From Candidatus Poribacteria bacterium (GTDB lineage Bacteria > Poribacteria > WGA-4E > UBA9662), in the NCBI GenBank assembly GCA_036339735.1, contig JAYZAL010000098.1, positions 1-13,783 on the forward strand: a stretch of 13,783 nucleotides of DNA. The letters are read 5' to 3'. The position numbers were made by a program, and so were the translations under genes. The stretch's first letter is position 1, and each line of letters begins with the position of its first letter. This document shows positions 7,264-13,783 of the stretch, piece by piece. A model generated the notes under the pieces. That model did no database searches, had not been told where the DNA came from, and saw only the letters and a list, made by a program, of their open reading frames with translations.

Positions 7264-8289
7264 CTATTCTGTTGTTGTATTTAGACGGTAAGCACGTATC
7301 GCAGTACCACTGAAAATACTCTTCTTCTCGGATTCACTTAACCCGGCTTTAGAGGCAATTCGTTTGAAGGTATTCCAGAGCGTCCGATAGGATACACATT
7401 CTTTGTCGACAGGAAAATTACTCTCGAACATACATCTATCAGGGCTAAATTTATCAATGACATATCGATAATAAGGATATAGTAATTCGCTGAGTTCTTC
7501 AGAACTGATAGGCACTGATCTTTGATTCATATGGAATGGTGGTTCCCAAGGACCAACGCGCTGTTGTGCACCACCAGCTTTCATCACTATGTTTGGACAG
7601 TCGGCCACAGAATTGATGGCGTTTTGCCAGCGAAGAATGGTTTCTTGATCGGCATTTGGATCGATTTTACCTCCCAAATGGTTGACAATGATAGTCACAT
7701 TTGGAAATTTACGAGCTAATTCGGCTAAAGTAGGCAATCGATCAAAATCAGGTGAATAATTATCAAAACTTAGGTTGTATTTGTCTAAGATTGAAAATCC
7801 ATCAAGGTATTCCTGGTTCAATTGACCAGGAAATGGGCTTCTTATACCCCGAAAGTAATTTGAAGCAGCCATATGACCCTCTAAGACTCTTTCCACCCCA
7901 GAACCAAGCTGTAAATTAGCTGTGCCAAAGATACCTGTACAGAGACGCATTGGGCCATATAAGCCGGATCGACTCATGGCTGCCATACCATGAACAAATT
8001 CGGTTTCGCCGACACAGCGCATCTCTTCGGGTCCATCTGCTCGGTAAAAGGCACCACACTGAGCAAACACAGTCTGCACGATGTTATGTCCTGATTCAGT
8101 AATGTCATGGCTATAGTCTTGGCATAAATAGACTTTCTGCTGAAAACTGCTGGGACGTTCAATCTGACGCAAATCCCAGAGATGATGATGTGGGTCAATA
8201 ATTTCTAATTCTGGTTCAAGAACAGTCTCAGGAATCTCCTGTTGTTGCCAATCTTCTATGGTTTGATTTTCAGTACTGATAGTTGGCAT
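7264..8289 (-). CDS. Amidohydrolase_2 / COG3618 family protein (sugar-lactonase/LigI-like TIM barrel)
   Basis: IIDPHHHLWD, VGETEFV, FRGIR, IIVNHLGG, NIVMKAGG, DRCMFESNFPVDK and IFSGTAIRAYRL. RBS AGGAG (8299-8295). Confidence 0.9.
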   Translation of the reverse strand: MPTISTENQTIEDWQQQEIPETVLEPELEIIDPHHHLWDLRQIERPSSFQQKVYLCQDYSHDITESGHNIVQTVFAQCGAFYRADGPEEMRCVGETEFVHGMAAMSRSGLYGPMRLCTGIFGTANLQLGSGVERVLEGHMAASNYFRGIRSPFPGQLNQEYLDGFSILDKYNLSFDNYSPDFDRLPTLAELARKFPNVTIIVNHLGGKIDPNADQETILRWQNAINSVADCPNIVMKAGGAQQRVGPWEPPFHMNQRSVPISSEELSELLYPYYRYVIDKFSPDRCMFESNFPVDKECVSYRTLWNTFKRIASKAGLSESEKKSIFSGTAIRAYRLNTTTE

Positions 8290-8568
8290 TTTCTCTCCTA
8301 GTAGTTATCTCTTGTTATGCTAATCAACCCTATTTATATCAAGTAATACACTAACTCTCGCTAGAAATTTTTCCATTAATAAAGTAGGCTACACAATCTC
8401 ACGTTTCACAAAATCTGTCTAGTACAGATAAACAGCTAGTAATCGCTTAAGAAAAGATTATTTAAAGCGAAAACCGAAAGTCAATAGTTGCTCAGGGTAA
8501 TTTTCAACTAATCAGATAATTATCTTGCCCCTATTAACTCGGCTAATCTCACTGTTTTGTAGCACAAT

Positions 8569-8597
8569 TGGACATCGGGTTCAAGGCTTGATAGAAT
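8569..8597 (+). promoter_or_regulatory. Putative sigma70 promoter (extended -10) upstream of the membrane-protein gene
   Basis: TGGACA (8569-8574), 17-nt spacer, TAGAAT (8592-8597), with TG one base upstream of the -10. Implies a leader of about 160 nt. Confidence 0.45.
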
Positions 8598-8764
8598 GAT
8601 CGTCAGTTTTAGGATAGATGTGAAAATTTTTTCTAAACGACACCAGATCAAAAATATGGTTTCATATTCATCAGTCTGTGCTCCTTATCTTGGTTGAGCC
8701 AAATACATTCAGCCAGAACTAAATTACCAATCCTCACCCGTATTTATTCAAAATAGTTTTCATA

Positions 8765-10657
8765 ATGAACTCCCATTCAGCCAAATTGAAGTCCCCCCAT
8801 CGTGTTCGTATTACCGCCATTCTAATTGGTGTGTTCATGATGCCTATCCACTCCTATTGGATATCTCGTATTGAAGCGATCGTTTACAAAGGAGGTGGTG
8901 GTAGCACTTCCTCATTGATCTGGACTTCAGTTTATAACATGGTCGTGTTACTGGTTATATTTCGATTAATTCGTTGTTTTTGGCCTAGATTAACTTTACA
9001 AAGATCTGAACTATTGGCTATTTTTTCCATGTGTAACATTGCTGCTTGTGTAGCCGGCCATGACTTGATCCAGATCTTGGTACCACTAATTACCTATCCA
9101 CAATGGCACGCCAGTCCAGAGAATGAATGGGCTCGAATTTTGTTACCTTATCTGCCTTCAGGTATTACGGTTGAAGATAAATCAGCTTTGTTACGTTACT
9201 TTGTTGGAGAATCTACTCTTTATAACAAATTACATTTGTTGGCTTGGCAAGGTCCCTTTTTTTGCTGGTCTCTTTTTATTGCACTACTACTTTGCGTTTC
9301 CTTAGCCATTAATGTAATTGTGGCTAAGCAATGGACCAGTACAGATCGACTCAGCTACCCGGTTATTCATCTTCCTTACCAGCTTTCTGCGCCTAACCGT
9401 CAATTTTTCGCTGATCGTTTAGTTTGGATCGGATTAGCTACTTCTGGTTCAATTTTGAGTATCAACTACCTGAATCGAATTTTTCCGCAAATACCGCAAA
9501 TACCGCTCAGCATAGACTTGCAACGCTATTTTACTGAAAGTCCGTGGAATGCCATTGGATGGACTCCTTTCAATGTTATCTTCAATTATATTGGCCTTGG
9601 CTTTTTCGTACCGCTAGACATTTTATTTTCTTGCTGGTTTTTCCTGCTAATTTTCAAATTTCAGCAGATTATAGGCAAGATAGTTGGTTTTCAAGGTATG
9701 CCAAACTTTCCATATTCTTATGAACAGTCGTCAGGGGGTTACTTAGCTGTAGGGCTAATTGCCCTTTGGTTGACACGGCGGCATCTAAAGTGGGTCGGGG
9801 AAATCTTACTCGGTGGAAATGAAAGTCGTATCTACCGCATGGCAGTGCTGACGGTTATTATTGGACTGACGAGTCTAACCTTATTCAGCCGTTATCTCGG
9901 TATCTCAGCTTGGGTGGGAATATCTTTTTTTTTAATCTACTATCTGATTCAGGTCGCCATTGGTCGAATGAGAGCTGAGATAGGGACTCCACTTCACGAT
10001 TTGCATTTTGGTGGACCAAGTACTATCATGATGAATGCGTTCGGTAGCCGGAGATTTACTCATACTACACTAGTTGGCTTGGCACAACTTTGGTCCATAG
10101 ATCGAGCTTATCGTTCCAATGCACATCCACACCAACTAGAAACGCTAAAAATCGTGGATCGAATTGAGGCCAAGCCGATCGACTTTATTCGAGCGATGAT
10201 CGTAGCTTGTCTATTAGCGGGACCTATGGCACTCTGGTCAATGCTACATCATAGCTATGAAGTCGGCATTCAGAATGCAGCGCCTGTTAATTTGTATTTC
10301 GGTCGAGAAACCTGGACAAGGTTTCAGTCTTGGGCTACTTATGCTAGTGAGACAGATCTGGCAGCAATTAGCTTCACTGGATTTGGTTTCTTAGCCACTC
10401 TAGGGTTAATGCTTGGCCGATTAAGGTTTATTTGGTGGCCATTCCACCCATTGGGATATGCTATTTCTGGTAGCTGGCAAATGAACTGGGGATGGGGTTC
10501 ATTCTTTATCGTTTGGTTATTGAAAATAATCATTCTGAAAACAAGTGGAATACAGGGATTTCGGCGAGCCACAGGTTTTTTCCTAGGTCTATTGATGGGG
10601 CAAATTTTTGTGGGTGGAACTTGGACTATGCTCGGAATTGGATTCAATTTGTGGTAG
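8765..10657 (+). CDS. Polytopic membrane protein, DUF6785/DUF6784-like putative transporter
   Basis: 630 aa with many hydrophobic segments. Motifs LQRSELLAIFSM, ASPENEW, KQWTSTDRLSYPVIHLP, RMRAEIG, HPHQLE, RFIWWPFHPLGY, WLLKIIILK and FFLGLLMG are recalled as typical of this family. Confidence 0.75.
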   Translation: MNSHSAKLKSPHRVRITAILIGVFMMPIHSYWISRIEAIVYKGGGGSTSSLIWTSVYNMVVLLVIFRLIRCFWPRLTLQRSELLAIFSMCNIAACVAGHDLIQILVPLITYPQWHASPENEWARILLPYLPSGITVEDKSALLRYFVGESTLYNKLHLLAWQGPFFCWSLFIALLLCVSLAINVIVAKQWTSTDRLSYPVIHLPYQLSAPNRQFFADRLVWIGLATSGSILSINYLNRIFPQIPQIPLSIDLQRYFTESPWNAIGWTPFNVIFNYIGLGFFVPLDILFSCWFFLLIFKFQQIIGKIVGFQGMPNFPYSYEQSSGGYLAVGLIALWLTRRHLKWVGEILLGGNESRIYRMAVLTVIIGLTSLTLFSRYLGISAWVGISFFLIYYLIQVAIGRMRAEIGTPLHDLHFGGPSTIMMNAFGSRRFTHTTLVGLAQLWSIDRAYRSNAHPHQLETLKIVDRIEAKPIDFIRAMIVACLLAGPMALWSMLHHSYEVGIQNAAPVNLYFGRETWTRFQSWATYASETDLAAISFTGFGFLATLGLMLGRLRFIWWPFHPLGYAISGSWQMNWGWGSFFIVWLLKIIILKTSGIQGFRRATGFFLGLLMGQIFVGGTWTMLGIGFNLW

Positions 10658-10871
10658 AGAGAATATTACTATTCAGGAAAATTTTGATTCTTTAAATAAA
10701 ATCTCTTATTTGAAATGAATAATTTTCAAGATCGACCAGCCCGTGGATAATCTCAAGAAATACTATTTGGAGTAATCTAGATAGATAATTGTGGAGGACA
10801 CAGATACAATAACTTAGCTGAGTATTTTCAATATTTAGGATGAGTAGAAGAACCATACAACCAAACGTTAA

Positions 10872-10888
10872 ATAAGTTTAAAACTTAT
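10872..10888. promoter_or_regulatory. Perfect palindrome, candidate repressor operator of the GH51 gene
   Basis: ATAAGTTT-A-AAACTTAT, ending 3 nt before the RBS AAAGGA (10892-10897) of the TTG start at 10907. Confidence 0.35.
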
Positions 10889-10900
10889 AAGAAAGGATAA

Positions 10901-12424
<1,524 letters not shown>

Positions 12425-12445
12425 AAATATCAAATCTAGGTGAAA

Positions 12446-12754
12446 ATGACTAAAATCACGGTCTTGAATTTAGGTTATGGTACTGAATCGGCCCAGAAGG
12501 GTTATTATCATCCTAATGACCATGGAGAGAATAGTACCATAAAGGCATCGTTGACTTATTACTAGCGACGTCTTTTGTAGGTGTTTGACGAATTTAAGCT
12601 CTCTTATCTCATAGAATTTTTTTATACTAATAATCCAAATGAGGTGAAGATAAAAAACACTCTTTTCTATTGCGAGAATATCACAACCAATACTAAACCG
12701 ATAAACCTAGAACCATTGTACATCGAGGTTGAATGGAAATTACCCAATAAGTGA
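12446..12754 (+). pseudogene. Possible decayed class I SAM-dependent methyltransferase gene
   Basis: One frame from ATG 12446 (preceded by AGGTGA) to TGA 12752-12754, broken by TAG at 12563 and 12578: MTKITVLNLGYGTESAQKGYYHPNDHGENSTIKASLTYY*RRLL*VFDEFKLSYLIEFF... VLNLGYG resembles motif I (LNLGCG), and FDEFKLSYLIEF resembles the downstream FDEI..SHV.EH motif at plausible spacing. Confidence 0.35.
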
Positions 12755-12758
12755 ACAA

Positions 12759-12808
12759 AAATAAGATCCGATAGCTAACTCTTGCTTAGGTAGTCGTTTA
12801 TCTTATTT
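12759..12808. other. Long imperfect stem-loop upstream of the second PhyH gene
   Basis: Perfect 9-bp outer arms AAATAAGAT (12759-12767) / ATCTTATTT (12800-12808) enclosing imperfect inner arms CGATAGCTAA / TTAGGTAGTCG. Confidence 0.35.
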
Positions 12809-12825
12809 AATATCAAAATGGATGA

Positions 12826-13638
12826 ATGAATATGGAGACATCTCTAAGTTCTGAGCAAATCAGTTTTTACCGAGAAAATGGTTTTTTAGTAATTGATCCC
12901 CTTTTGTCGGTTGATGAGCTGACAGTCTGGCGAACTACGTTGGATGAAGCCATCAACGAACGGATCACAGCGCAAAAAACATACAACCAAGACCGAGGCG
13001 ACAACTACTACAAGTACGTATTTATCCAATGCGTTAATATGTGGAAGACTAACCCGAAAATTCGTCAGTTAGCACTTGATTCACGAATAGGAAAAATTGC
13101 AACTGACTTGACTGGCACCAACGGAATCAGGTTGTTTCATGATCACGCTTTGATCAAGCAACCTTGGGCTAATCCAACCAACTGGCACTTGGATAATCCG
13201 TCTGACCCGTATCATACACGCCAGTCAACCATGTTTTGGTTAGCACTCGATGACGCCACCATTCAAAATGGCTGTCTATATTTTTTGCCTAGAACAAACC
13301 ATAGCAGTCGTTTCGAACCCGTCGGAGGCTTAGGTAGAGAAGGAGTGGGCCAAATGTTTCAGCAATATCCAGAGTGGAAACAGATTGACCCCTATGTGGC
13401 CGAAACAAAAGCGGGAGCCGGCATATTTATTAACGGAATGGTAGCACACGCGGCAGGGCCAAATATGACTACTCGACCCAGACGCGCTTTTGCCATGTTA
13501 CTCATGCCCGAAGGGGCAATATTTAACGGCAAGCAAAGTGTTCTGCCCGAATCCTATTTCAACACCTTGCAGATTGGTGATGTCCTAGAAAACGATGAAC
13601 ACCTGCCACTTTTATATTCTCGATCAGTCGATATGTAA
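12826..13638 (+). CDS. Phytanoyl-CoA dioxygenase (PhyH) family Fe(II)/2-oxoglutarate dioxygenase
   Basis: EQISFYRENGFLVI, IRLFHDHALIKQP, HxD motif (TNWHLDNP), WLALDDATIQNGCLYFLP, distal His (HAAGPN) and Arg (RPRRAF). Alternative start ATG at 12832. Confidence 0.93.
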   Translation: MNMETSLSSEQISFYRENGFLVIDPLLSVDELTVWRTTLDEAINERITAQKTYNQDRGDNYYKYVFIQCVNMWKTNPKIRQLALDSRIGKIATDLTGTNGIRLFHDHALIKQPWANPTNWHLDNPSDPYHTRQSTMFWLALDDATIQNGCLYFLPRTNHSSRFEPVGGLGREGVGQMFQQYPEWKQIDPYVAETKAGAGIFINGMVAHAAGPNMTTRPRRAFAMLLMPEGAIFNGKQSVLPESYFNTLQIGDVLENDEHLPLLYSRSVDM

Positions 13639-13639
13639 C

Positions 13640-13667
13640 CTCATTTCGTCTAATTCTACCAAATGAG
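13640..13667 (+). terminator. Weak hairpin immediately after the PhyH stop codon (possible terminator or 3' stabiliser)
   Basis: CTCATTT (13640-13646) / AAATGAG (13661-13667). No U-tract follows. Confidence 0.2.
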
Positions 13668-13783
13668 AGTTACTGAATAAAAACCGGCTTTCAATACACC
13701 CTTGCCTAATTTTCAAAGAATTAACTGTGTACTGAAGAGAACATCATCCACAATACAGTGTTTTTTTATTAAGTTATTTCAGA

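Noticed and set aside
9485..9506. 9-nt tandem repeat CCGCAAATA x2.4
   Set aside because: In-frame coding repeat (PQIPQIP) in a proline-rich loop. Too short to indicate a VNTR or array.
9925..9933. T9 homopolymer in the membrane-protein gene as a phase-variation tract
   Set aside because: Encodes Ser-Phe-Phe-Leu in a TM helix of an AT-rich genome, and the frame is intact.
12759..12808. Integron attC interpretation of the hairpin
   Set aside because: Lacks properly placed RYYYAAC/GTTRRRY ends, no similar sites flank the other genes, and no integrase is in the window.

Overview
AT-rich (roughly 40% GC by eye) bacterial accessory or metabolic region with no rRNA, tRNA, CRISPR array or intact mobile element. 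Left end: a 3'-partial membrane-protein gene missing from the ORF track (1..267, -). It is followed by a junction of two gene remnants: a 5'-truncated minus-strand ORF and a frameshifted DUF4268 fragment, whose tail carries a near-consensus sigma70 promoter pointing into an intact YbdG-type MscS channel gene. Centre: five co-oriented minus-strand genes, namely a COG3618-type amidohydrolase/lactonase, a DUF2961/GH172-like protein with a non-canonical catalytic motif and an extra C-terminal beta-sandwich domain, a five-bladed beta-propeller glycosidase, an alpha/beta hydrolase and a PhyH-family Fe(II)/2OG dioxygenase. Transcribed divergently from these are a 630-aa polytopic membrane protein (DUF6785/DUF6784-like putative transporter), a GH51 alpha-L-arabinofuranosidase, a possible decayed methyltransferase and a second PhyH dioxygenase. 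The gene content is suggestive of Candidatus Poribacteria or a similar lineage (inference only). The best candidate for an undescribed system is a cytoplasmic furanoside/glycoconjugate catabolic locus served by an uncharacterised transporter and containing a divergent GH172-like enzyme. All family assignments come from motif recognition, not database searches.
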